A program made the translations under genes and the position numbers. Under the pieces are notes generated by a model. That model ran no database searches. It had not been told where the DNA came from and saw nothing but the letters and a program-made list of their open reading frames with translations. 37,764 nucleotides of DNA, from contig JWZX01003411.1 of assembly GCA_001275005.1 (NCBI GenBank), positions 1-37,764 on the forward strand, in the 5' to 3' direction. Each line of letters opens with the position of its first letter. Within the stretch, counting starts at the first letter, position 1. The DNA is from Chrysochromulina tobinii. Lineage: Eukaryota. This document shows, one piece after another, positions 17,310-27,424 of the stretch.

Positions 17310-18233
17310 TCAGGGTGCTGCTTTCTCGAGCTTCTGCAGCCCCGACTCCCATTCAGTGACATGGCGTTCCAGCCTTTCGCGCGCCTCCTGAACGGCCTGC
17401 TCGATGCTCGAGCTCTCGCCCGGCCTGTGTGGCACCACGAGCTCTCGCACGTCGAACGACAGGCGCGTGCCGAGGCTCGCCCATGCAGAGCAATGGAAGA
17501 TCCCCTGGGCGCCAGGGCAGTGGCCGCCGCCGTCGCCGGGGAAGATGATCGCCCGGCCCACAGGCAACCGTGGCCAATGGTACCAATCGCCCTCACCCGC
17601 GCCCTCTATGGGGAGGTGGTGTGCGCGGTCTCGGGCCGCTCTCCAATCGACCAACTCGTCCACTTTTGGACCTGCGGCGAAGAGCAACAGCGGCTCCGAA
17701 TCCACATTCGCCACAGGCACCCATAGATTATACATGGGTCGCTCGGCGACGCGCAGGTCTGTGTGGGCGAATGCGGCAAATGCCTCGCCGAATCGCTGGC
17801 ACGTTTGTGGCGTCATGCCAACAGGCCATTCGAACAGTGGCAGCCCGAGTGTCGAGCGCTTCGAAAGGAGCACTGATCGCAAGAAGAGCAGTGCCCCGCG
17901 TTCGCAAGCCTGTGCCCACGGCCGTGGCGGCTCGTGCTCTTCAGGCACGCCCCGTAGCTCAATCTCGCGGGCCAGCTCCTGCAGCGCGCCTGTCAAAGAT
18001 GGCCACAGATCGAAGCAGCCGAAATCAAGCGTGGGATGAAGCGTGTTCTGGAACTGTGGCAATCTGGTAGCGTCGACAGCATGAACCACCGCGTCATCCG
18101 GAGTGAGCTGGCCGGCGGCGCGTGCAGCGGCCGAGTAGAAGCCAGTCGTGACCGCGTGGCGCTCGTGCGGGCGATTGCCGCTTTCGGCCATCATGGTGAA
18201 CAGAGTTCGAGTCACGAAGGCTCGGCACCTCAT
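17310..18233 (-). CDS. Putative AsaB/CmcJ/NvfI-like Fe(II)/2-oxoglutarate-type oxygenase
   Basis: Motif order VVHAVDAT...YNLWVPV...PLLL...WYHWP...IIF...FHCSA...RLSFDVRELV resembles the family pattern HxD...NxWRP...WYY...H.AF...R.SIEVR (recognised by eye). Confidence 0.55.
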   Translation of the reverse strand: MRCRAFVTRTLFTMMAESGNRPHERHAVTTGFYSAAARAAGQLTPDDAVVHAVDATRLPQFQNTLHPTLDFGCFDLWPSLTGALQELAREIELRGVPEEHEPPRPWAQACERGALLFLRSVLLSKRSTLGLPLFEWPVGMTPQTCQRFGEAFAAFAHTDLRVAERPMYNLWVPVANVDSEPLLLFAAGPKVDELVDWRAARDRAHHLPIEGAGEGDWYHWPRLPVGRAIIFPGDGGGHCPGAQGIFHCSAWASLGTRLSFDVRELVVPHRPGESSSIEQAVQEARERLERHVTEWESGLQKLEKAAP

Positions 18234-18403
18234 GAAGGCCGAACGCTCAGAACGACGCGATTTGAGGAATTGAATTCCGAGGCCGGACAGGCTGGGACAC
18301 CCTTTCCAGAAACATGAACGCTAGCCGCTCGGCTTTCATGGCCGGAAGGTTCGTCAGGGGAATCGGAAAATTGTGCTCGTGTTGTTCCCGGCACTAGGCG
18401 ATC

Positions 18404-19429
18404 ATGGCCGAGCCCCTTCAGCGAGTCCTCGTCACCGGAGTGACCGGATTCATTGGTAGCCACGTTGCGCGCGTGGCCCAGCTCTCCGGACTGGCTGTGC
18501 GCGGCACTGTGCGCGGCACCGCTCACTATGGCATCGAGCAGGCCGTGCCGGGCATTGAGTTGGTCAATGTCGATCTCCTCGACAGCAGCGAGCAGGAGCT
18601 TGTGGACGCAATGTCCGGGTGCACGTTCCTCGCTCACGTGGCGTCACCCTTTCCGGGTTCCGACGTGAGCGATTCTGAGATGAAAACTGCCATCGAGGGC
18701 ACCTCCAAGGTACTGCGCGCGGCCAAGAAGGCCGGCGTGATGCGTGTGGTGCTCACGTCGAGCGTTGCAGCCATCGGCGGCAGCCCGGACAAGAGCAAGG
18801 GCACGGCGGCCAATCCGTACACGAGCGCCGACTGGTCACCCGACTCGATGCAATCGAGCTATGCTGTGAGCAAGACGCAGGCGGAGAAGGGTGCGTGGGC
18901 GCTTGCCGCAGAGCTCGGGCTCAAGATGACGACGATCCATCCTTCGTTTGTCCAAGGTCCGATGCTGCTGCCGCGTGCGCCGACCAGTACGGCGATGGCG
19001 AAGCGCATTCTCGAGGGCACGATGCCCGCCGTGCCCGCCATTGGTATGAATGTCGTCGGCGTGGTCGATGTGGCCGAGGCCCATGTCAAGGCGCTCCTCG
19101 CCCACGACACGGCGGGCGAGCGGCTCGTTGTCGCGGCCGGCAACCTGCTGATGACGGAGCTCGCCGTGGCAATCAAGGAGGCGTACGGAGCCGATGGCTG
19201 GCCGATCAAGACGATGGCCATCCCGTATGTGGGCCTGTGGCTCTACTCCTTCGTTGACAAACAAGCGGCCATGGTGCTTGGAAGCTGGCGCAAGGAGACG
19301 TACTACGATTGCAAGCCGACCGAGACACTGTTGGGTCGGCCTCTGCAACCGCCGATGGAGGCTGCGCTCGAGATGGCCAAGAGTCTCGTCGAGCTGGGCG
19401 TTGCTGTTAGGAAGGTCCAAAGGGGTTGA
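18404..19429 (+). CDS. Extended SDR, NAD(P)-dependent epimerase/dehydratase (aldehyde reductase/CCR-like)
   Basis: VLVTGVTGFIG, HVASP, VVLTSS, catalytic YAVSK, IHPSFVQGP, VVDVAEAHV. Confidence 0.93.
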   Translation: MAEPLQRVLVTGVTGFIGSHVARVAQLSGLAVRGTVRGTAHYGIEQAVPGIELVNVDLLDSSEQELVDAMSGCTFLAHVASPFPGSDVSDSEMKTAIEGTSKVLRAAKKAGVMRVVLTSSVAAIGGSPDKSKGTAANPYTSADWSPDSMQSSYAVSKTQAEKGAWALAAELGLKMTTIHPSFVQGPMLLPRAPTSTAMAKRILEGTMPAVPAIGMNVVGVVDVAEAHVKALLAHDTAGERLVVAAGNLLMTELAVAIKEAYGADGWPIKTMAIPYVGLWLYSFVDKQAAMVLGSWRKETYYDCKPTETLLGRPLQPPMEAALEMAKSLVELGVAVRKVQRG

Positions 19430-19828
19430 TGGAGGCCCCATCATCACGAAGGCTTGACCGATAAGGATGTTGATGTGCATGACCACGACGCGACCGTGCC
19501 ACGCGCACGGGAGGAGCGGGCCAGCTCAGACTAAGTCTGATTGATCATAGCACATTCAATTGAGCACATTGAACAACGAATACTTTAATCTCTTGGTTTT
19601 CGGAGCGAATATTTAATTGAATATAAAAAAAGAACAAAGTAGCGTGGGGTTGGGCGTATCGACAGACGTGTCACTCCAGTGTCACGACACTGCAGCGACC
19701 CCCGCAACCGACCCGTATCGTGTTGCTTTGAGGGAATCGAGAATGAAGCGCGCAGTGCCCGAAGCACTCTGATCTATGCTCGAGTTTCGTACGTAGTATG
19801 CACAGAGGGAGCTGTGGGGAATCCATGC

Positions 19829-20743
19829 TCAGATGGATTCGGTACGAAAGGCGACGCCTGCAGCGGCACAGGACGCGACATCGGTGGGACTGGCGCACGC
19901 CGCGCCTTCCCCACCATGCGGCATCGGTCTTGCCGAGCCTATGGATCGTGGCGTCGGTGGCTCGGCGCCATGCGCCTCGTCCTCTGAGTCCGAGTCCGCC
20001 ACCGCCCCCTCCATCGTCTCCTTGGTATGCGTGTGGCGTGCGTGCGGATGCGAGAGCATCCAGAGGCCCAGCTTCTTGTTCCGATAGCGAATTCGTATCT
20101 CGCCCTCAACGACCACGTACTTGGTGCGCCAGCCTGCCGGCAGCGGCCGGCGCAGGACTTCAAAACGTAGCACGCCACTCGCCTGCTGGATCTGCGCCGA
20201 CACGGCGCTGAGCGAGGCTACTGGCACGCAGTTCACGCTCGTCACAATGTCGCCCGGCAGGAGCTTTTTCGCCTCGCGCAGCGGCGCGTTCGCGTCGATG
20301 TGCGCGATGACTACGCCCGCGACCGTCTCGTCTTCGGGCGGCTGCAGCGTGAGACCGAGGCGAGTGGTCGGCGTCGCCTTGAAGACGTCCACCTCGAGCG
20401 TCTGCGGGCCCTTGGCTCTCCCAAACGAGAGGATCCTCATCCCGGGGGTGCAGTCAGTGCTACCTGTATCCCCGTTGACCGCGTTTTCGGATGGAGCAGC
20501 GGCGTTGTCGGAGGATCGACCCTTCTTGCCAAACGAAAGACTACGGGCGAAGAGGGTCACCGGCGATGCAGGCGCAGATGGGGGTGGTACTATATCAGTG
20601 CTGGATGCACCAGACACCGCTCTTGATGGTTTCTTGCTCTCAAAGGAGAAGGCTCGCGTGATGCGCTTAGTAATCTTGGCTTCCTCGGAGGTAGCTTCGC
20701 TGATGTATGAGCCGTTCGCGATGGAGTCTCTGTAAGCGGCCAT
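19829..20743 (-). CDS. PDZ-domain protein with a degenerate WW-like segment
   Basis: PDZ-like RLGLTL...VVIAHIDANAP...LLPGDIVTSVN...VLRFEVLR, followed by PLPAGW...YRN...HP; repeated RxxSFG motifs in the N-terminal part. Confidence 0.75.
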   Translation of the reverse strand: MAAYRDSIANGSYISEATSEEAKITKRITRAFSFESKKPSRAVSGASSTDIVPPPSAPASPVTLFARSLSFGKKGRSSDNAAAPSENAVNGDTGSTDCTPGMRILSFGRAKGPQTLEVDVFKATPTTRLGLTLQPPEDETVAGVVIAHIDANAPLREAKKLLPGDIVTSVNCVPVASLSAVSAQIQQASGVLRFEVLRRPLPAGWRTKYVVVEGEIRIRYRNKKLGLWMLSHPHARHTHTKETMEGAVADSDSEDEAHGAEPPTPRSIGSARPMPHGGEGAACASPTDVASCAAAGVAFRTESI

Positions 20744-20957
20744 GATCAGCCGAAACTCGAGGATCTGTGGGTGTGCAGCGACAAAGCGAATCGCAGATCG
20801 TGTCGCTGCAAAGCTGCGACGACACTCACTGAGAGATCCCTCTCCGAAGCCGCCCGTCGGCGTCTTCGCCGTCTATGGTATCTGTACAGCACCATTTACG
20901 GAAGCAGGCGCGGCGGATTCACGCTGGAAACATATTGTTCGTCAGATTCTATTTCAC

Positions 20958-22139
20958 TCAACACTGTCTCTCTCTCTCAGCGCCGTTTTCCAGTGGTGAA
21001 AGCCTTTCCTTGCCCCGCGCTTGCTCCAAATACCCGTCGTCCTCGAACTCGTCAAACCCCTCGCCCTCCGACACGGCGGATTCCTTCGGGGTGGCGAGGC
21101 CGTAGCGCTCCTCGGCAGCACCCTGGCGCGCGAGGGCCGGGTCGGTGCGCACGTCGTCGAGCTCGGCTTGAAGCGTGCGCGGCAGCTCACGGCTCACCGG
21201 CGTCCCGAGCAGCATGGGATGCAACGCGTAGGCCGCGGCGCCGACGAACATGGTGAGGCAGCCGAGATAGCGCGTCGGCCCCCATGTCTGCAGCTCGCCG
21301 AGCAAGATGGCGGAGAGCAGGATGAGGAGGACGATGCGGAAGTTGCCCAGCACGGCTGTGCCCACCGACGAGAATGTACGTACCGCCTGCATCAGCACCA
21401 CGTTATACATGACAGCGAGTATGCAACCACCCAGCACGATGACCGCCGTGGCCTGGGGCTTGTGCAGCGCAAAGCGTTGCAAGCCCTCCATCTCCTGCTG
21501 GGCGACCGCCTCCATCGCCATGAGCACGGCAAAGGCCACCGGGCCCGTGTAGAACGTCAGTTGGAACGAGTCGTGCTTTGAGGACATGAGCCTGCCCGAG
21601 AGAGACATCTGGGCAGACGACATGAGCACCGAGGCCGCGCACATGCTCACGCCCCACGCCTCGCCGTATTCGGAGCCGGTGAAGACGACGCACATCAGCG
21701 ATACGGTCACGAGCAGCAGGTATGCCGCGCCTACCGGCGTCGGGACCCGCCGCTCGAGGCAGAACGCGAAGCACGCCACGCACACTGGGATGGCGGCTCG
21801 GATGGCCTGGTTAAGTGAGAGCTCAATCGACACGAGCGACGCATTGTTGAGCGCAATCTGCGGCCCGTTGACGGCGCCAATAATGAGCAGCGCCCGCCAG
21901 TCCCTGCGCCAATTGTCCAAGTGCGTGCCCTTGTAGCCCTCTTTCAGAAGCATGAGCGGGAGTAACGCGACTGAGCCAAAAATCATGTGCGACGCAGTGA
22001 GCAGAATAGGAAATCGGAAATGGTACTGGCCAAGCGCCCATCGGTTGAGCATGTTGAGGGACGTGTTGAGCAGAAGATATGCTAGAGCCACGGCGATTTT
22101 GCAGGGCGGAGAACGCTCGAGTCGCGAGAGCTCGGGCAT
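20958..22139 (-). CDS. Triose-phosphate/nucleotide-sugar transporter (TPT/DMT family)
   Basis: LNRWAL...FRFPILLTASHM, LNNASL..I.LSLNQAIRAAIP, TFSSVGTAVLGNFR; about 10 hydrophobic segments and an acidic tail. Confidence 0.92.
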   Translation of the reverse strand: MPELSRLERSPPCKIAVALAYLLLNTSLNMLNRWALGQYHFRFPILLTASHMIFGSVALLPLMLLKEGYKGTHLDNWRRDWRALLIIGAVNGPQIALNNASLVSIELSLNQAIRAAIPVCVACFAFCLERRVPTPVGAAYLLLVTVSLMCVVFTGSEYGEAWGVSMCAASVLMSSAQMSLSGRLMSSKHDSFQLTFYTGPVAFAVLMAMEAVAQQEMEGLQRFALHKPQATAVIVLGGCILAVMYNVVLMQAVRTFSSVGTAVLGNFRIVLLILLSAILLGELQTWGPTRYLGCLTMFVGAAAYALHPMLLGTPVSRELPRTLQAELDDVRTDPALARQGAAEERYGLATPKESAVSEGEGFDEFEDDGYLEQARGKERLSPLENGAERERQC

Positions 22140-22350
22140 TGTGCATTAATTTGCTACTTATAGCGCCCGATACGACGCGCCGAAACGACCGAACCCACCG
22201 GCCATGTGCCCGGCACCCACACATGCGAGCGGCAGCGCAGCGCCCCATGGCGGGCGCCCCGCGGCCGCTCCATGGCGTCACGAGACATGCACACACGGGC
22301 AACGCGCGCGCTCGCCACGAAATAAGCTCAACGCTGCAATCACAAGTCGC

Positions 22351-24494
22351 TCATTCCGTCTTCGTCTGCAGGACGGTCAAGCTCCCCTCGGCGCTCTCGA
22401 TCACATTGACAAGCTGCTGGAGGCGCGACGTGATGTCGTCGAGACCCTCGGTGTTCACGGCCATCACCGTGAGCGCGACGGAGGACGTGCGCTTGAAGTT
22501 GAAGGAGAACTCGCCGCGCTGGTCGTTGGGCTGCACCGAGAAGGCTGTGATCTCGAAGTCACCGCCGCGCTTCTCGATGATCTCGAGCGCCTGGTTGATG
22601 AGCCCGGAGTCGAAGAGATGACCTTGGAGCAGCAGCTGACGAGAGGGCCAGCCCGTGCTGCTCGGGCCCGACTTGGATTGCGTTGCGGCTGCCTCGTCGC
22701 CAAGGCAGTGCGCCTGCGTGGGGGCGGCGACGCTGCGGTGAGCACCTGCATGCGAGGTCGACTCCCCACAGGGTTGCGTGCGAGGTCGACTCCCCACAGG
22801 ATCCGACAGCGACTCGCCTGCGTGAGGGCACCCCGAAGGCGTTCGTGGAACTTCTGGCCGAGGGGGACGAGAGGCGAACGGATCCCGCCGGGTACCCTGC
22901 ATGCAATCGGCGCGCGCGCGAGCGTGAGCACGGCAATGGCTGGGGGCTGGGATCGGACCGAAGGCATCCAAGCCCCAACCTGCATGCAATCAGGGCCTCA
23001 GGCACCCAGCCTCGATCGAGTCCTCCCAAGCGCCGAACAAGGCATTCCAACAGCGGCCCGGCAGGTGGGCCGGCAGATGGCCCGGCAGGTGGGCCGCCAG
23101 ATGGGCCGGCAGGCGGGCCGCCAGATGGACTCGAGAGGTCCATCTGCCACAGACTCGGCGACAATCTCGGCGACAATCTCGCTCCAAAACAGCTCTCACC
23201 GACCCATCTGATGGAGGCACCACTTGACTGGGATAGGATTGGCTTCGCTGAAGAGATCGCGATGCAGCGCCGCCAGCGGCTTGTCCTCCAACTCCGCCAC
23301 GTCTCGCTTCCCGGCCTTGGCCGCGGACATCACCTGCCGAGCGCGAGTCGAGTGTGCGAGAGGCTCACGAAGGGTGGGGCGTGCCTATGTCCCGCGGCCT
23401 ATGTCCCCTAAGTCCCGCGGCCTATGTCCCCTAAGTCCCGCGGCCTATGTCCCCTAAGTCCCGCGGCCTATGTCCCCTAAGTCCCGCGGCCTAAGTCCCG
23501 CGGCATCAGCATGCAATCAGCATGCAATCAGGCACCTTCGCGACGCTCTTGGGAGCCACGTTCGCCGTCACAGAGATGACCCCATCGCCTCCCTGTAGCA
23601 CGTAGTCCCTCGCCATCGCATCCTCGCCTGTCAAACACAGCGCACAAGCTCAGGACGTGGCGGCAAGGACGCAGCTAGGGTGCGGCCCACCGACAAGGGA
23701 GCTGCCGTCGGAGCCGCTCCAGTGGCCTTTCGGCGCTGTGCGGTGCAGGTGCAATCGCGCGGTGCGGTGCCGGTGCCTCCATGCGACAATCTCGGCGACA
23801 ATCTCGCACCTGAGTACAACTTGAATTCGTCATCACACACGGCGCGCATGGGCGCGACGCGCGTATTGTCACCAGTCGCATCCTTGAGGCCGCGGATCAT
23901 TGGGTGGCGTGACAGCACGATCGTCGTCTCCACCGAGAGGTCGACGCCAGTCCGGCCCGGCACGTTGTAGAGCACGATCGGCAGGTCGCTCGCGTCGGCG
24001 ATCGTCGTAAAGTGCTTGATAAGCCCGGCCTGCGTGGGCTTGACGTAGTAAGGCGTGACGATGAGTGCGGCGTCCGCGCCAAACAGCTTGGCCTGCTTCG
24101 TCATCGCGATCGTGTCCGTCGTGCTGATCGTGCCGGTGCCGACAATGATCGGCAGCTTGCCGCCAATCTCGTCGCGCGTCGCCGCCAACACCTCTGCGCG
24201 CTCGTCATCGGAGAGGGTGGATGCCTCACCCGTTGTGCCGAGGATGACGATGCCGTTCGTGCCTTCGCTCACGTGCCACTGCAAGAGCTTACGCAGGCAC
24301 GGGATGTCTACGGTGCCGTCATCCTTCATTGGCGTGACGAGGGCAACGAGCGAGCCGGCCGGCAGCGGCATCCCGGCCATCATCTGCGCGGACAGCGCTA
24401 GTCGCTGGCCGGGCAAGGAATACGGGCGCACCGCCGGCATGTGGAAGCCCGTCGTTGCGCCGAGCAAGATGAGGGAGCAGGCCATCATCGCCAT
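22351..24494 (-). CDS. dapA: Plastid-targeted 4-hydroxy-tetrahydrodipicolinate synthase (DHDPS) fused to a C-terminal LKR/SDH-linker (Saccharop_dh_N-like) domain; exons 24494-23810, 23627-23536, 23333-23200, 22896-22818, 22713-22351 (450 aa)
   Basis: [59 protein letters not shown] and [10 protein letters not shown] assemble in frame over three GT-AG introns; a fourth, GC-AG intron joins the last exon, which encodes [27 protein letters not shown]. The N-terminus is a signal peptide followed by G-FH. Confidence 0.88.
22714..22817 (-). other. GC-AG intron (104 nt) with the 10-nt direct repeat CACGCAGGCG spanning both junctions
   Basis: CAG|GCGAGT...CCCCCACGCAG|GCG; a phase-0 join puts the last 121 codons in frame. 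Confidence 0.7.
23057..23128. repeat. 24-nt intronic tandem repeat x3 in dapA intron 3 (22897-23199)
   Basis: CCGGCAGGTGGGCCGGCAGATGG-like units. Confidence 0.85.
23383..23503. repeat. 23-nt intronic minisatellite in dapA intron 2 (23334-23535)
   Basis: GCCTATGTCCCCTAAGTCCCGCG, about 4 full copies plus partial copies. Confidence 0.9.
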
Positions 24495-24687
24495 CTTCCT
24501 GATGAGACCTGCCGCGTGGGAACGCGGACAATGCAGGGTTCGCGTACCGGTACTGTAAGTTGATTGATTGCGAGCGTAGGCGCGTAGGTTTCGCTTCGCG
24601 CCGTGGTCGGTTGCGCTTCGTGAGACTCTTGCCTGTGTGACCGCTATTTCCGATTTCTTTTTGTGAGACTGTGAACGATTTTTTTCC

Positions 24688-25130
24688 ATGGACTGCTCCC
24701 CGCTACCGCCTCCGCTGGGAGCCGGAGGCGTGCCAAAGATATCGCGGCTCAGTGTGGAAGAGACACGCGAGGTGCAGCTCCAGCGCGTACTCGAGAATAA
24801 ACTGCCGTCGCTCGAGCAGGTCGTGCGAGAGCTCATAGAGCCACTCGCCCCGGAGCTCATGCAGGTGTGGATGCTAGCACTCAGTTCTCGCACGAACAAT
24901 ACAAATTGCTCCGCGAGGAACTGTACCCAAAGTACATCGAGCTATTGGAGGAAACCCTGGAGATCCTGCTTGCCGAAAGCGGATCGTCCGTGGATGAGGT
25001 GTTCGAGTTGGCCAAGGCGGCCGGTGAGCGCGGGCAGCCGTGGCCATGCACCGAGTTCCTGGCCGCTGCCGAGGACTTTCACTCTTTTCTCGCTCTCGTG
25101 CAGAGCTCCATCAAAGTCACCACACGATGA
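24688..25130 (+). CDS. Small BART (ARL2-binding/CFAP36-like) domain protein split over two frames
   Basis: Second frame FSHEQYKLLREELYPKYIELLEETLEILL...EFLAAAEDFHSFLALV resembles a BART domain. The frames join through acceptor AG 24884 with a donor at 24820 or 24865. Confidence 0.55.
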
Positions 25131-25645
25131 GCCAGGATACCCTCACCTGAGACTTGATGCTGGCGCTCACGATTTTCGCACGCATGTTCGTGCTGTAGCT
25201 CTCCGTAGGACCGGGCTCGACTATGAACTGAGAGACTCGACTTGAACTTTTACCCTCACGATTTGTCACCCTCCAACGTAAAAATATGATTGAAATGCGA
25301 GGGAGATGATTTCACGAGATTGCTCCACTTATTTGCATATTTTGGGACGATGACTCGGTCGCGCGCGCCGCGCACACACGCTGCGCGACATTGGTCATTG
25401 CGGAACCCTGAGAGACACCACACACACAACAACGAGATGCACGGCACGGCATGACTTCTTGCCCCGGTCAGACGACAGTCGCCCCCCCCCCCCCACACAC
25501 ACTTGCGTGTGACGATGATGAGTCTGACAGAGGCTCACAGAATGGAAACACTGTGGGAAGCTGAGGCCACACCTCGGTGGCCAAGTCGGCCTCGATGTCG
25601 ATGCCCTCAGGCGGCCGGTCTGCCGCGGCCGCCTTCTCCCGAGCC

Positions 25646-26629
25646 TTAACCGCCGGCCGCCTTTGCTGCGGCCACCTTCTCCCGAGCCTTTGCCGCCTTT
25701 GCCTTCGCCTCTGTCAGCTGCGCCTCAGCCTGGGCTAGCTCCGCCTCAGCCTGCGCCACCCCGCGTTCCGCGGCTTCCCAATCATCCTCAGCGGCCAGCT
25801 CTTCATTAGGCTCGTCCTCGGCCTTCTTGCCCTTCTTCTCAGAGGGCGAAGCACCCTTCTTGCCCTTGCCCTTCTTGCTCTTTGTTCGCTCAGTCGTGAT
25901 GCCATCAGCATCCTCAACGTTGACGGGGGAGGGCTTCTTGAGATGCGGAACGATCGGCGAGGCAGCGTCGATCTCAGCCAGCCTCGCCTTCAGCTTGGTG
26001 TGTTCTGCCTGGAGATCGAGCCGCTCTTGCTGCTCGAAGATGCCAATGAGGTACGACTTTTTCATATTCATGTCTCCTGCGTACACCATGTCCATCGCCA
26101 TCTGCCACGGCGTCTTGTTCGCGGGTGGCAGCGACTTGTCGATCTCCGCGCCATACTGGATGCACAGCTTGACGCACTCCTTGTGCTTCTTGCGCATCGC
26201 GGTCTGCAGGCCGGTGCTGCCGTCGAGACGCGGCTTGTTCACGTCTGCGCCGGCTTCGCAGAGCATGCGCAAGCACTCAACATTATTCTTCGAGCATGCG
26301 ATGTAGAGGGGAGTGCCACCATCCTGCGAGTTCGGTGTGTCCAAGTTGGCGCCGCGAGCGATGAGCAGCTTTAGGCAGCTCGGGTGGTTCTCCTGGCACG
26401 CGAAGAAGACCGGCGTGATGCCGTGCTTACCCGCGACGTTCGGATCGGCGTTGGCCTTGAGCAGCACGTCCACACAGCTGGTGTGCCCGTAGCAGCAGGC
26501 CATCAGCAGCGGCGTCGCGCCATCCTCGTCGGTGACGTTCACGTGCATGCCGTTTTCGAGGCAGGCCTTGAGCTCATCGAGACGGCCATGCCTCGCAGCT
26601 GCACGGAGTGCCTGCGCGTCGTCCGCCAT
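25646..26629 (-). CDS. Ankyrin-repeat protein, paralogue 1
   Basis: Ankyrin repeats GATPLLMAC, GITPVFFAC, GGTPLYIAC, GSTGLQTAM; charged/coiled-coil tail. Confidence 0.9.
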   Translation of the reverse strand: MADDAQALRAAARHGRLDELKACLENGMHVNVTDEDGATPLLMACCYGHTSCVDVLLKANADPNVAGKHGITPVFFACQENHPSCLKLLIARGANLDTPNSQDGGTPLYIACSKNNVECLRMLCEAGADVNKPRLDGSTGLQTAMRKKHKECVKLCIQYGAEIDKSLPPANKTPWQMAMDMVYAGDMNMKKSYLIGIFEQQERLDLQAEHTKLKARLAEIDAASPIVPHLKKPSPVNVEDADGITTERTKSKKGKGKKGASPSEKKGKKAEDEPNEELAAEDDWEAAERGVAQAEAELAQAEAQLTEAKAKAAKAREKVAAAKAAGG

Positions 26630-27424
26630 CGTCGCTCCAGGCGTGCTCCATTTTGCAAGTTACAAGACTTCCAAATTCGCCCTCAAACTTCTGCGGCATC
26701 AAATCTTTTAAACCCTCACACTCGCTTGCCACGACGCACGCGCGGCGTAGTTGCAATACACATAAGACTCAAAACGGCGCGTTTGACGTTTCTGATTACC
26801 AATTGCGGTAAGTCCGCGGATTCGTGTTTTGGAACTTGTGCCCCGTCGGAACCCGGGTGCTGCGCCATGGCGGACGACGCGCAGGCACTCCGTGCAGCAG
26901 CGAGGCATGGCCGTCTCGATGAGCTCAAGGCCTGCCTCGAAAACGGCATGCACGTGAACGTCACCGACGAGGATGGCGCGACGCCGCTGCTGATGGCCTG
27001 CTGCTACGGGCACACCAGTTGTGTGGACGTGCTGCTAAAGGCCAACGCCGATCCGAACGTCCCGGGCAAGCATGGCATCACGCCGGTCTTCTTCGCGTGC
27101 CAGGAGAACCACCCGAGCTGCCTAAAGCTGCTCATCGCTCGCGGCGCCAACTTGGACACACCGAACTCGCAGGATGGTGGCACTCCCCTCTACATTGCGT
27201 GCTCGAAGAATAATGTTGAGTGCTTGCGCATGCTCTGCGAGGCCGGCGCAGACGTGAATAAGCCGCGTGTCGACGGCAGCACCGGCCTGCAGACTGCGAT
27301 GCGCAAGAAGCACAAGGAGTGCGTCAAGCTGTGCATCCAGTATGGCGCGGAGATTGACAAGGGGCTGCCACCGGCGAACAAGACGCCGTTCCAGATGGCG
27401 ATGGACATGGTGTACGCGGGCGAC
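26072..27424. repeat. Inverted repeat: 558-nt arms (26072-26629, 26867-27424) with a 237-nt spacer
   Basis: The arms are the ankyrin-coding regions: 4 amino-acid differences in 186 codons and roughly 20 nucleotide differences by eye. Confidence 0.95.

Noticed and set aside
22204..23411. Plus-strand ORFs of 335 and 242 aa
   Set aside because: Antisense to dapA exons and repeat-filled introns.
23383..23503. Possible CRISPR array (also 3310-3473, 6759-6857, 13951-14055)
   Set aside because: Head-to-tail repeats without unique spacers, no cas genes, eukaryotic context.
24495..24899. N-terminal extension of the 422-aa dapA ORF
   Set aside because: Overlaps the divergent BART gene; the signal-peptide-like leader starts at 24494.
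26384..26866. N-terminal extension of the 610-aa ankyrin ORF
   Set aside because: Antisense of paralogue 1 plus spacer; the paralogue comparison places the start at 26867.
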